From the NCBI GenBank assembly GCA_013265495.1, contig MU058718.1, positions 4,485,648-4,549,647 of the forward strand: 64,000 nucleotides of DNA, given 5' to 3'. The notes under the pieces were generated by a model. The model was not told the origin of the DNA and made no database searches. It saw only the letters and a list, made by a program, of their open reading frames with translations. The position numbers were made by a program, and so were the translations under genes. The stretch comes from Vicugna vicugna. Taxonomy: Eukaryota. This document shows, in pieces, positions 13,447 through 25,714 of this stretch (position 1 is the first letter of the stretch; each line of letters begins with the position of its first letter).

Positions 13447-14356
13447 AGTATAAAATTACTTCTGTGCGGTTTTTGGCTTCTTTTGTTTGGCATCACTTTA
13501 ATAAAGTTTCAATATAAACATAAGTTGTGTGTCACAAAAAGTAATTCTTAAGAATACAATTAACTAGAAATATGAGTGTGTTAAGGGGAAGAGGATCTCA
13601 AAGCTAGGCGTTTATAAGTCTCAGTAAATAGTATATATTTATGCTTGTCATAGAAATTCTGAAAGAACTTTTCAATATTAACTATCCAAACAATACAAAT
13701 ACACTGAATGAAATTTAGTATTTTTGCTTCAATTCTATATTTTACTCTTCTCATATGCACATCACTATATATATATAAGTAAGTTTAAGTTATTTATCAA
13801 TGACTTTGAAAATCCAAATTTTTAGAAGAATTTTTTTGGAAGTTACTATTATAGTATTCACATATCCCTTGGTTTTACAGAATTACATTTAAAAATTTTA
13901 GAACAGGTTAATTTAAAAATCTGGGAATTTGCTCCAGCAGAAAAACTTTTCATTATATTATTACATGAAAACAGCTAGTGTCTTCTAATCAATTTCTTTT
14001 ATAACACCCAAGAGAAGGCAGCAGATCATGTATGTAACAGTGGCTAAGTTATGAATTTTGTGGAGTAATATTTTTATTTGCGGCCAGGAGTAAATGTCAA
14101 TATATTTTTTTCTCACAAAAAATTTTAGGGCAGCATAAAAGAAAATACAGAAAGGAAAATATCTGTTGATTCAATCACTGACCCCCAAGATCAGAAACTG
14201 ATCTATTTCTGTTCCACAAACAGCTACTCATTCAAACCTGAGCGTTTACCTTAGTCCTGGAAATTACCCAATTTCTTTAGTCTTCTGAATTAGGAAGGTC
14301 AGGTCAGAGCACCAAAAGCTGGTACAAAGCCTAGCAGTTCATCCTGATTTACATTT

Positions 14357-14537
14357 TTTTTTCAATTGAAGTATCATTGATTTACAATCTCTTAGTTTCT
14401 GGTGTACAGCTTAGTGGTTCAGTTATGCATATATATATACACACACACACAAACATACATATACTTTTTCATACTCTTCAAGTTATTATAAGATAGTGAA
14501 TTCAGTTCCCTCGGTGATACAGTAGGACCTTGTTTAT
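14357..14537 (-). mobile_element. 5'-truncated L1 3'-end insertion with perfect 16-bp TSD
   Basis: ttttcaattgaagtat...gatttaca L1 3' terminus; atcctgatttacattt at 14341-14356 and 14538-14553. Confidence 0.85.
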
Positions 14538-15933
14538 ATCCTGATTTACATTTCTAACCCCAATAAAACCTGAATCAGACTGGGCTGTGAGGACAGTACA
14601 CACACAGCTCATAAAAAAAAAGGCAGCTCATAAAGCAAGAGAACTACCTGCCCCATTGTAAATGACCATATGCATTTGTCAACCATAATATGAATCTTAA
14701 TTTGCTGCAATAATAATTTTGAGATTGTCCATTTAGTACACAATTTTCTTAGATTGAAATGACTAATTGCAATATCTACACAGAAAAGTAGTCTATGAGT
14801 ACATTTTTGTTTGAATGCAATTTTATACTGTTTAGGGAAACTTTGTTAAGCATGGAGTAAATTTTAAGCCTGTTTCCTATTATTTACTGTCTGTCCTTTT
14901 AAAAAGTATGCTTTCTGATAAAGCTGGCACTAGAACAAGTTTCACTTTGGCAGGACTGAACTTTGTATCATTTCTGGCTGTATTTCACTTACACAGCAGC
15001 TTTGTATAGCTCATTATCTATGCTTGGCCAATTTCAAATCCAGTTTCTTCCAAAGGGAATGCATTTTCAAGAGCTGGGTTTTCATTATTTCAAATTCGGT
15101 TATATAATGTACAGATAAACTGTAATGCTTACTTTAAAACTTCTAGAATGTCTTTATTGGATTTTGGTGTAAAAACTTATTCTGCAAAATACTTAGGAAA
15201 CTTTTTATGCAAAAATGAGTATTTTATTTTGGCAGCACTAAAAGAAAAAAGAAACAAAACCACTGTATTTCTACATTGAGGTGAAAACAGTGTTTAAACT
15301 TTCTTATCAATCAAATACATTCCAAAAGAAATTGTGTTCTATGAAGTTTCCAAAGCACAGGCAAATCTTAACACAATAATACAGGAATCTGTAATACTGA
15401 AAATGACTCTGTTCTGACCAGGTGTTTAACAAACATAGCTTTTGAATTACAAAACCAGGGAAGAAATCCCTAGTAATTGTGTCAAGAGTGAAGCTGGGCT
15501 TGTTCCATTAATACTCATTGATACAATTTCAGTGTAATACTGAAATACAACCATTTCAAATAAATTTTGCTGTACTTAAAATAAGTTTTGAAAGTGGAAA
15601 AGTACAAAGTTCCAGGTAAAAAGATTTAACAGATGCAATTTAAATAAAATTTCCCCTCTTCTTTCTCACCAATTAACAATGATCACTTTTAGCAGGTACA
15701 CACTGAGCTTTAAAACCGAATTCTCAAAAGGAAAACTGGTGTTTTAAATCTTAATCAGACATAAAAGGAAAAGATTACTATATTTGGACACCTTTTACAA
15801 GAATTTTTGTTGTTGTTGTATTAAAGCAGAAACCAGTTCCTAAACCTTTTTATTCAATTATATATCCTGTTTGGGCAAATATCAAAAATAGAAGACTGTC
15901 ACTTTTGCTTTTGCAATTGTGATTTTTTTTTTT

Positions 15934-17274
15934 TTACTGCAGTCTTCTATAACTTTTACAGAGTTCATGGTCCCTAATATCTCCCCACCCTCCATTTTTC
16001 CTAGGTGGGGAAATGGGTGCCATAAACTTCTCACTGATAGACAGAGTTTCTGGGAACAAGTACTGTTTGTTATTACTTAAGAGTGACTCGATCTGGGCAC
16101 TCTGGGTGGATGGTCTACAGGTTTTTTTATGGTGCATACCACAGTCTCCAGCATGAAAAATCCTAGGAACTTGAGGAACCAGCACTTTCCAGAATTTTGG
16201 AAGACAAGATACAGTCAAATATTGAAGGGTCCAGTCCCAGTTATAATCATCGTAAGTACAGAAAGTGTCTGTGCACTCGATCAGCTTCTGGTACGCATCC
16301 CGGGTCAAGGCCAGACCCATATTGTGCTCTGTGGATTTCCACGTTTTCACATCTACCTTGTCAGCCACGCCATAGAAACTGCGAATGGCAGTATAGGTCC
16401 CCAAGGAGAAGACATCACACTCAGGGCACTCTTGCTGCTTTAATTTCCACATCTTCTTGAAGACGTGGTAAAAGTCTGGGGCTAAGTAGTGATCCTCCTC
16501 CAGGAAAAGTATGAGGCCAGCATAGTCTCGAAGGACTTTGACCCTTTCCCATACAAAATGCAGCTTCCACCACCAGTGGTGTTTGGTTTGGGAGAACTTG
16601 GCCTCTCTATAGTGGCCGAAGGAGTCGGGATACTCAGCATTAATGCAGCCCATCTTCAAAGCTGCGTTCTTCTCCAGGTCTCTGGGGCAATCTCTGGGGT
16701 CAGTGCCCGGAAACTCGTTGGGGTACAACTGAATGCTGAAAGGAAAGAACACCTGCAGAACCGGACAGAAATCCACCCCAGCAATCAGCTGATTGATCTC
16801 GGTCGACCAGAAGTCATGGCTAAAGATGACGAGGACGTTGTCGATTCCCTGGGCTTTTCGAAGGGAGTCCAGCAGCAGTTTGAGGTATTCGGGCCGGTTA
16901 TGCACCTGGACCACCAGCACCAGCTCTCCGGGGGCCCAGGAGCCGGCCTTGTCTACATTCCTCAGCGTCTGGTCAAAGTTCAGCTGGTACACGAGGGACC
17001 GGTACCGCAGCGTCAGGTTGTCCGCCTCGGGCTGCGGGGCCGCCGCGACCAGCGGAGCCGCCGAATCGTTGGAGCCCCGGCGAAGGCCCACGGACACGGC
17101 GGGATGGTCCCCGGCCCGGGCGCCCGCAGCCCGCGCGGGCTCGGCGTCCAGCAGCGACGGGGCGAGGGTCTCGTTCTTCCTCTGTCGCCCATTGCTGCTC
17201 CAGAGGACGAAGCCGCAGGCGGCCACCACGAGCGTCAAGATGAGCACCTTCCGCTTGTAGATGCGGAACCTCAT
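15934..17274 (-). CDS. MGAT2: Alpha-1,6-mannosyl-glycoprotein 2-beta-N-acetylglucosaminyltransferase (GnT-II), single coding exon
   Basis: 446-aa ORF MRFRIYKRKVLILTLVVAACGFVLW (type II TM anchor), LEEDH motif, ends ...HELCKSYRRLQ. Confidence 0.98.
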   Translation of the reverse strand: MRFRIYKRKVLILTLVVAACGFVLWSSNGRQRKNETLAPSLLDAEPARAAGARAGDHPAVSVGLRRGSNDSAAPLVAAAPQPEADNLTLRYRSLVYQLNFDQTLRNVDKAGSWAPGELVLVVQVHNRPEYLKLLLDSLRKAQGIDNVLVIFSHDFWSTEINQLIAGVDFCPVLQVFFPFSIQLYPNEFPGTDPRDCPRDLEKNAALKMGCINAEYPDSFGHYREAKFSQTKHHWWWKLHFVWERVKVLRDYAGLILFLEEDHYLAPDFYHVFKKMWKLKQQECPECDVFSLGTYTAIRSFYGVADKVDVKTWKSTEHNMGLALTRDAYQKLIECTDTFCTYDDYNWDWTLQYLTVSCLPKFWKVLVPQVPRIFHAGDCGMHHKKTCRPSTQSAQIESLLSNNKQYLFPETLSISEKFMAPISPPRKNGGWGDIRDHELCKSYRRLQ

Positions 17275-17699
17275 GGTCTCCAGGGCCGGGAGCGCGGGCA
17301 GGCAGGCGGGTGGGCACGGAAAGGAGCTAGCGGCACCGGCACGGAAGGGGCGGGCGGGCGGCGGCCGTGGCCGCGGCCTGCAGCAGTCGGAACGGGCCCC
17401 CGCGGCCGCGCTCGCTAACTCATCCCGGGCCCCGGGGGTCCTGGCGCCCGAAGGCTCTCAGCTCCCCCGCGCCGCCCGGGCTCCCCACATCCTCGCCTGG
17501 CAGCTGCAGCTCAGGGAGCGGCCCCGCCGCTAGGAGCCGCGACTCGGCGTTGCCTCGGTCCTCTCCATTCAGCACAGGTCTGGGAAGAAGCTCGTCGCAA
17601 ACCCACCGCACCCCGGTGCCGTTACCTGCGCTCCCAGTGGCCCTGCGTTCTCCGTGTTCTCATCCTTACGCGGGCCCCGGGCGTCCCAGACCGGGCGAC

Positions 17700-17930
17700 G
17701 CACCCTCGCCCCACTCCAGCGGCGACTGTCCTAACAACCAGCTACTGGCCCGCCGAGCGCCGCGGCCCCAAGCCCACACCCCTCCGGCCCGCCCCTTGGG
17801 CCGTCGGTTGGCGCTTCCTGGACGCGTCCGGAGATGCTCGGCCGTCTCTGCCCGCCGCCTATTGGGCCGCTTCGCTGTCGCTCAGGCTCAGTACCTACTT
17901 CCGCCGCGCCCCTCCCCTTCCGGTGAGGCG
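17700..17930. promoter_or_regulatory. Bidirectional CpG-island promoter, MGAT2 / RPL36AL
   Basis: GC box CCCGCCCC 17788-17795, CCAAT (ATTGG 17861-17865), ETS-type ACTTCCG 17897-17903 and CTTCCGG 17917-17923; divergent genes on either side. Confidence 0.75.
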
Positions 17931-17970
17931 CGAGCAGAGCGAAGGAGGAACGTGGACGCCGATCTTCCCA
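17909..17970 (+). other. RPL36AL: Probable non-coding exon 1 of RPL36AL (start approximate)
   Basis: Pyrimidine tract start; donor CCA|gtaagt at 17970/17971; acceptor ttttaccag| at 18705/18706 upstream of the ATG. Confidence 0.6.
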
Positions 17971-18640
17971 GTAAGTCCTGTGCCGGGCGGTAGCGGTCCC
18001 CGTTGAAGCCCCCAGTGCTCAGGACCCAGGCTGGACTAGGTAGGTCCTGGTAGGAGAGGCAAGCGAAGCCCGCCGCCTTGGTCGGTAGACTTCAAGAGCT
18101 GGCTTCTCCCTTCCAGAAAGGGGCTCCCGCATGGCGGCTGCTGGGCCTGGAGGCACATGTTAGGGACACGTCAGCCTTCGGGACTGCTGATGGGTGGCGG
18201 TGCTTCGGAGGGGAAAAGTGAAACCAGGCTGCTGCGGTTCTCGGAGAGGGGACGGGGCGGGCCGTAGCTGGAACTGCCTCACCACGCCGCAAGCCAGGCG
18301 TGCCCAGGAGCTAACATGGAGGGAGAGGGTGCGAGGGGAGTCGGAAAAGAAACTAGCCGTGGCCGAGCTCTTTTCTGCTGAGGAAAATTGGACATCACAC
18401 CACTACGTTTTAGTTTTGGGGCAACCGTGGGAAATTAAGCCGGAAAGGAACCCATTACAGGGAGCTGACTGTACTGGGCGTCCATGTGGTGCTGCTCTTG
18501 CTGTTTTTAAGAGTCTCATTCTATAAATGCTTCTGTTATGGAAGTATTCCAAAAAGTTGTGCCCTTACATGTGCCTTTACTCATAACGAAAATGAGTACT
18601 TGGTGGATTTATACGTTACTGATTTGTTACCTTCCTATAA

Positions 18641-19057
<417 letters not shown>

Positions 19058-19559
19058 GTTTTGGGAATCTTTGGTTCTTTGATTTTTGAGAGGAAGATGT
19101 TGAAGCTATAGAAAAATTGCCTGTATGAAAATAAATACAGTGATACCCTTACTCAGATCTTTTGTACTTTTTAAATATAAATAAAAATCGCATGCTTGGT
19201 TTGGTTTTAAATTAACAAAATAACGGTAAATTATTTAAGGTTCATCCTCTTCTCAAAGTCTCATTTAAATTTAGTTCCACAAGAATTGGAATTTTGTATT
19301 TATATGCAAAGATCGGGGTCCTACCTCAAACTTTATAACTAAGTTATGAAGATAAATCATAAAGTAGGGGAAAAACTGATATTTTACTATTTTAAGGTCA
19401 ACCTCATATATATGTTGGGTGAATTCATAATTATGATTGATGAGCTGCTGGAGAAAGTCAAATTTTGGAAAGAAAAAAAAAACTGAAGAGGATAAGCTAG
19501 GCCTCTGTATGGGAGGCTGGGTGGGGCAGAGGATCCAAACTGCAGGGTTAGAAAGAGCC

Positions 19560-19740
19560 GACTTGCACAATGTTTGGTCCAATAGGGAATACTAGCCATG
19601 TATACTGACTTACATTAATGCAGTTTCTCTGTTGTATTGGTTACATTTACTGCTCAAGAGCCACATGTAGCTGGTGGCCACACTTGGACAACAGAGACAT
19701 AGAATATTTCCATCAATTCTTTTTGGACAGCACTGTTTCA
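19560..19740. mobile_element. MER3-like hAT DNA transposon fossil
   Basis: gccacatgtagctggtggc...ttggacaacagagacatagaatatttccatc...ttggacagcactg wording; recognised by eye. Confidence 0.55.
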
Positions 19741-21197
19741 GATCTTGGTCTTGAATGTAAAGCAGGAGTTGAAAATTGACTTCTAACTACGAAAAGCTTT
19801 AACTACAAAAACTGTTGTTTGCATCTTTTTAAACATACCCTGGGAGGTACTCAAATGTTATGATTGTTGGAAGGGTTGAGGAGGTAGGCAGCTATGACTG
19901 AATATGACTGAAAATAGAATGAAAGATTAAACTCAGTGAAAGAAGTGAACCTAGTTACTGCCTTTGAAAGGCAAGAAAAGAGTGTCAAATGAAAGGTGAA
20001 ACAGACTGGGAAAGGGTATGGATTATGAGAAGAGGACAAATTCTGTTTTTTTCATATATGAATTTTAAGTCAGCTAAGACACTTAGATGGGGATGGCTTG
20101 TAGATGAGCAAGAATGCAAAGGGCTAGGTTATAAGAGTAACATGGTAAGCACTTGTTCCCAACATGGACTATTATGTCTGCATTTATTGAAATAATTCTA
20201 CAGGAACATGTAAAAATCAGATATGTGCTAATTTACTTTTAAATACGCCACAAAAGAACCATGTTTTAATATGATTGTTTTATAATATTTATGGATACTA
20301 TCTTACCAATTTATGAGTTTTGAAAATCTAGATACTGAATTCTTGGTTTTAAAGACCAAAAAGGAATTAACTTTAGAATGCAGTATAAAGCCTGGGTTTA
20401 AAACCTCTGACCTGGGGCCATGGAGAGGATTTTCTGCAATTACTTTTATTCTTTCCCTTTGTTGCCAGAAACCAGCTCTAAGACTATTGCAGTCATCTCG
20501 AGAGAGGCTGATTTGAAGAACAGTGGGAACGAGCAGAGTGGAGCCCTTAGCATCCTTTAGCTGGTATATGGCCATCAATTTTTTTAAAATTAAGTGAGTA
20601 ATCAGCAGAAAAATAACAGCCCTCATAGAATAAAGACCATAGTCATGAAAAAAGCTAGTAACAATCTTCTGCTACTCCCATCCAACCCCAAAACCTTATT
20701 CCAACCCTAAAAATTAAAAAACTTAGAAATTACAAAACTCATCTGCTTAATATTATAAAACTTGTAAAAGCTGAGATATTTGTCCAAAACAACTACTTCA
20801 TGTTTGGTGAATATAAAATTCCACATATAAATTAGTATACCTGAAAAACACAGAAGTGCTTAAAAACTTACATGTAGTTTTATATCAAACAAGTTTTTGC
20901 TATAAACTATATTAGTCCATGGTTTATTCTCTGCATACAGAAACTTAATTTCTTTAATTGAAATGCAAGAAAACTGGTAAGACAATTCTATGACCAGAGT
21001 GACTGGTAACAAAATCTGTTTAACATTAAAAGATAACCCATTCTGGAAACATTAGGCTGAAATCAACACAAGTGCAATAAACTGATAAAAGTTAACTCCC
21101 CAATAAAATTAATTTGATTTTAATGAAATTAAGATTTCACATGCAAATGATTGAAAATGTTTGAATAACCCACATCTTTCTCCTCAGGAAAGTATAA

Positions 21198-21438
21198 TTA
21201 CTTTAACATATCACAGGAATTTACATAACAGGCTAGAGAACAGAAGTAAGAGATAACAGGTGCTTCAGTACCACCCATGTTATCTACTAAGACCACAGTG
21301 TGGGCAACAGAGTGCAGATTCATGGTAGTAGTTCCTTGAATAAAACAGCTTAGACAGAATCTTCCACAAACACAGGTTTTTGCAGTATCCAAATCTTGGC
21401 AAAGATGGAAAGGAATGATAGGAGAGCCATATGGAATC
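21198..21438 (-). CDS. LRR1: Leucine-rich repeat protein 1, coding exon 4 (terminal)
   Basis: tttttccaatag|G ATT CCA TAT...; IPYGSPIIPFHLCQDLDTAK...CDMLK-TAA; phase matches exon 3; minus-strand AATAAA at 20923-20928. Confidence 0.94.
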
Positions 21439-22859
21439 CTATTGGAAAAAAATAGTTAAAAGCATTTTTTAGTATGTTACTAGACCCACAGCTTCATGTA
21501 TTAGGATATGAATTGTTGGACACTGAGTTTATAACCATGGGAAAATTAAATTTCTCCACTAATTGACTCAGTATATTTTATTTTCCAAACTGGTCAGAAT
21601 GGGGAAAATATAGCAAGTAAAGCATATGACATACTGTAAACCTAATAGGATCTATACCACTCCATAAAGTAACTTTTAGCACTGCCACTTAATAGCATAA
21701 CCCACTGAATAGAGTGAGACATCTGCCCTTTATATAATCATACTGTATGATCAATGTAACATAATTTAAATGTATGGCTCTGTCATACACCTTTCTAATG
21801 GTAATAAGAGCATTAGTTCTACCTGTGAAGAAATGTTTATTTAAATAAATCCATATACTCCTCTAGGCATCAATTGTTCAATGGGGAATTTTTAACTGTG
21901 TAAAACAAATTTAAAATACATGTTAAAATATTAGTTTAACTTTGCTGTCCAACCAAGGCTCTTTGCATTGCTCATTCTCCCTCCTGCTTAAAACTTCCAA
22001 TGGCACCCAATGCAATTCAAATCATATCAAGTCAAACTCTGCACTCTCTACAAGACACTAAGAGACAGTGTCTTGAGACTGCCTGCCCGCTGCCCAGTTC
22101 CTCCACCCTAAACATAACCACACCCCAGTCACTTTGTGTCTCCCACACAGTCTTCTTTGTTGTTTCTCTAGTCCCTAGGCTGGCACATAACAGGTGTTCA
22201 GATCTTTTCCCACAAATAAATGAAACCTACTATTACAATTTAAACCGAGTTTAAAACCCTATTAGAAAAGACTGAAAAGATACACATCAAATCAAAAATA
22301 GTGGCTTACTTTTTGTAAGGGATTTGGGAATGCCTTTGTTTGCAATTTTTCATTTTTTTCACATGAAATAATTTGTTGCTCATGTAAGTAACAATTTTTT
22401 AAAACTGTGCCAGGAAGTGTCTATCATGGTTCACATTCCAGGCTACTGGTTATAGTCTAAGGAAACAGGAAATAGTTAAAAACTGTACTTTCTAGCTAAC
22501 ATAATTCAAGTTCTCACATATTTTTCTAATAGACCATAACTTTATGTCTGTAACCAGTAGTTAGGACAACTTATCAACAGCTAGATAATAGGTACTAATC
22601 TATACTCTTTTTAAAACAAGGGGGCTGAAAGATGCAAAATTATACTTTAGTAGAGATTAGGGTCATCTTAGCTAATTTGTTCTGGTCTTTTCAAATCACC
22701 AGGAACCATTTATAGTATTTCTCATTTGGACATAATTTTCAAATTTGAATAGGTTACAATATATAATTTCTTTTTCATATATCAATCTCAGAGAAAGCAC
22801 AGAACAAGAGACTTGGGAGAAGTTCATTATCAAAAAACACCATTTAGAGGTCCCTCAAA

Positions 22860-24505
22860 TCAGTGGTCTTAACCTGAACAATCAGTTCTGGAGATTTAAA
22901 AAAAAATGTATTGCATACAGTAGAGGCCCATCTTTGGAGATTCTGAACTAGTTGGTCTAAGGCAGACTCAAGGATCTGTATTACCAGAGGACCTAGGTAT
23001 GTATTTCTCATCTATATTATTTAAAAACACCTCCACAACTAAAAACAACATTGATTTTTAATTGCCAGATAAGCAAATTACATTTATCTATAAGCCCAGC
23101 AAGTATGTTATGAGATCTATTATGAGCCTGGCACTGTTCTAGACACTTACATGTATTGTCATTTAACATATAACTTTTAACTCCTAGCTCAGCGCCAACA
23201 CCTTAAACCACTGGTTCTCAAAGTGTGGTCCCTCGACCAGCAGCACCAGCATCACTTTGGCACTTGTTAGAAATGCAGTTTCTTTAGCCAGCTCCTCTCC
23301 AAATTTACTGAATAAGAATCTGAGTGTGGGGATCAGTATCCTGCTTTAATAAGCACTCTGTGAAGTGGGGGAATACAGCTCAGTGGTGTACAAGGTCCTG
23401 GGTTCAATGCCCACTACCACCATTAAAAAATATAAATAAATACACCTAATTACCCCTAAAAATTTTTTTAAAAAAGTGCCACTTGTTGTATGTCAATTAT
23501 AGCTCTCTGTGTAAAACGCAGATTTCTATCTCAGACCTCTAAAACACAGAATCTCCGACAAGACTCCCAGGTGATCTGAATGCGCATTAGAGTTTGAGAA
23601 GCACACAGTGCAATTCTAGCTAGTGGTACATTAGACTCACCTGGGGATTTAAAAAATACTGGGTCCTACTCTCATTCTGATTTAGTAAGTCTGGGGTGGA
23701 GACTAATCATCACAATTTCTTAAAGCTCCTGTGGTGACTCTAAATGTGAAGTAAAAGTTGAGAACCACTGCTTTAGAATAAGAAATGAGAGCCCTTAAGC
23801 TAGAAACAGTGAAGAAGACTGGACTGGGTTTCAGTGGGGTCTATGAACATTATAAAGTTGTATGCAAAAGTCTGTGTGTGCTCATGTGTGCATTTTTCCA
23901 GGTCCATAACTTCTGTCTGTTTCTTTTTAAGTTTCTTTTCCCACTAAACAGTTAATCTCTTCTTTGAAATATGGTGTTCCTACCATTTTATAGGCACTCA
24001 ATAAATATGGTTCACATCTTAGCTTCCCCTCCTATTTGAAAGAAGCAAGAACAAAATGAATAACCGGAGTTTGGTGTCTCATGGATGACCAACAGCAGTG
24101 TCCAAAGACAAGGGAAAAAGACCAGCAGCTACTGAGTGCTACTATAGGCCAAATGCTTTGCCATTACTTTAGTTCATTTATCTTCACAACTCTTTAAAAT
24201 GGGTATTACTGTTCCCATTTCACAGATGAGAAAATTGAATCAAAGAGGTTAAATAAAATAACTTGCTAAAGTCATACTAAGGGGTGAAGCCAGGAATCAC
24301 ACCCAAGTCTGAGTCCAAAGACCCCCCTTTATCACTATGCCAGACTGGAGTTCTCCGACTTCTCGAGTGCATCAGAATTACCTGGAGGACTTCTTAAAAC
24401 ACAGATAGCTAGACCCTACCCTCAGAGTTTCTGATTCAGTAGGCCTGGGGAGGAGTTCAAGAACTTGCAGCTCTAAAAATTCCCAGGTGATGCTGCTGGT
24501 CTAGG
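22860..24505. mobile_element. Cluster of MER5A-like hAT-Charlie fossils with an embedded deleted SINE (about 23366-23460) and MIR
   Basis: Repeated cagtggttctca/tgagaaccactg-type termini and caggtgatgctg-type motifs near 22860, 23210, 23560, 23620-23770 and 24350-24505. Confidence 0.6.
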
Positions 24506-24992
24506 GAGAAACAATGTCATTCATCCATGTGTTTATTAAATGCCTAACAGATTGCAGGTGTGGGAGACAGTTGTCACATTTTAGATACTAAATGGAAACA
24601 GTAGAGAGTAAGACAAGGTCCATGCCCTCATGGATCTTACATTCTAGTGGGAAAATCTGACAGAAGACTAACAAATGTTAAAAAATATATATGCCAGGTC
24701 ATAAATCTTAGGACAAAAAAAAAAAATCAAGCAATGTAAAGGAGAGGGAGATAAAACTTTAGACAGGGAGGTCAGGAAAGGCCTTCTGGGGTGCCACTTG
24801 GGCAAAGCACTGAATGAAGTGAGAAAGTGAGCTATGAGACTTTCCGGAGGAGAAGCATTCCAAGCAGAGGTAAGGAAGAGCAAGAAGGCCACCATGGCAA
24901 GGGGACAGATCGTGCACAGCATGGCGAGCTAGACTTAAAAAGACTTTGTTACTCTGAGGATGAGGGGAATCCCAGGACGCTATCTGTCTTAC

Positions 24993-25714
24993 CTATTATC
25001 TAATACGGCTCGTGCAGAAGATTCCAATAAAGTTAATGGTGTTTGCAGCTTTATAACTGGAAGGACTTTTGGTTGTTCAAAAATATTTCCAAAAAGATCC
25101 AAGTACTCAAGGGTTAAATTTTTAAATTCACTAGGCAAAAATGGAAGCTTATTTTGAGCTGCTGACAAAAAACGCAGGTTTGTCAGTTGTCCCATCTTGA
25201 AAGGAAGTCGAATCAATTCATTATCATCAAGCTTTAAATCTGTAAGTTCTCGGAGTTGGCAAAACTGCACCGGGAGTGCCTTGATTTTGTTCTTGCTGAG
25301 ATCCAAACAACGAAGTGACTTCTGGAGTGTAGACTGACACAAGGCTACACTAAATGACTCCAAGTGATTGTCATTCAGGTTAAGCTCTTGAAGGTGGATG
25401 AGATCTCCAATTGTAGCTGGAAGCTTTTTGATATGGTTGTGACTCAAGTCTAATTTTCTAAGATTTTTTAAACAAAGCATACGCATATCAACTCGGATAA
25501 GCCCACAGTAAGAAGTCTGAAGATGTTCCAGAGAATATGGGAAGTTCTTGCTTAGAGGATAGTCCTTTTTGGATGTGATAACCATTTTAGTTTTAAATTT
25601 TTCAAATTCTGAAGTCTTCACTGGTGTGAGGGTTGAAAGAGGTGCCTCAACATCACAGCCTCTATGAGCCAGTCGCACAGCTGAAAGGAAACCCTTTAAA
25701 CTGCTGGCACTGGC
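24993..25714 (-). CDS. LRR1: LRR1 coding exon 3 (722 bp, leucine-rich repeats)
   Basis: tttcag|GCC...AATAG|gtaag; LxxLxLxxNxI repeats (LRKLDLSHNHI, LQELNLNDNHL, LRCLDLSKNKI). Confidence 0.96.

Noticed and set aside
16489..17418. 309-aa plus-strand ORF antisense to MGAT2
   Set aside because: Non-ATG start and codon-register shadow of a GC-rich CDS; no recognisable domain.
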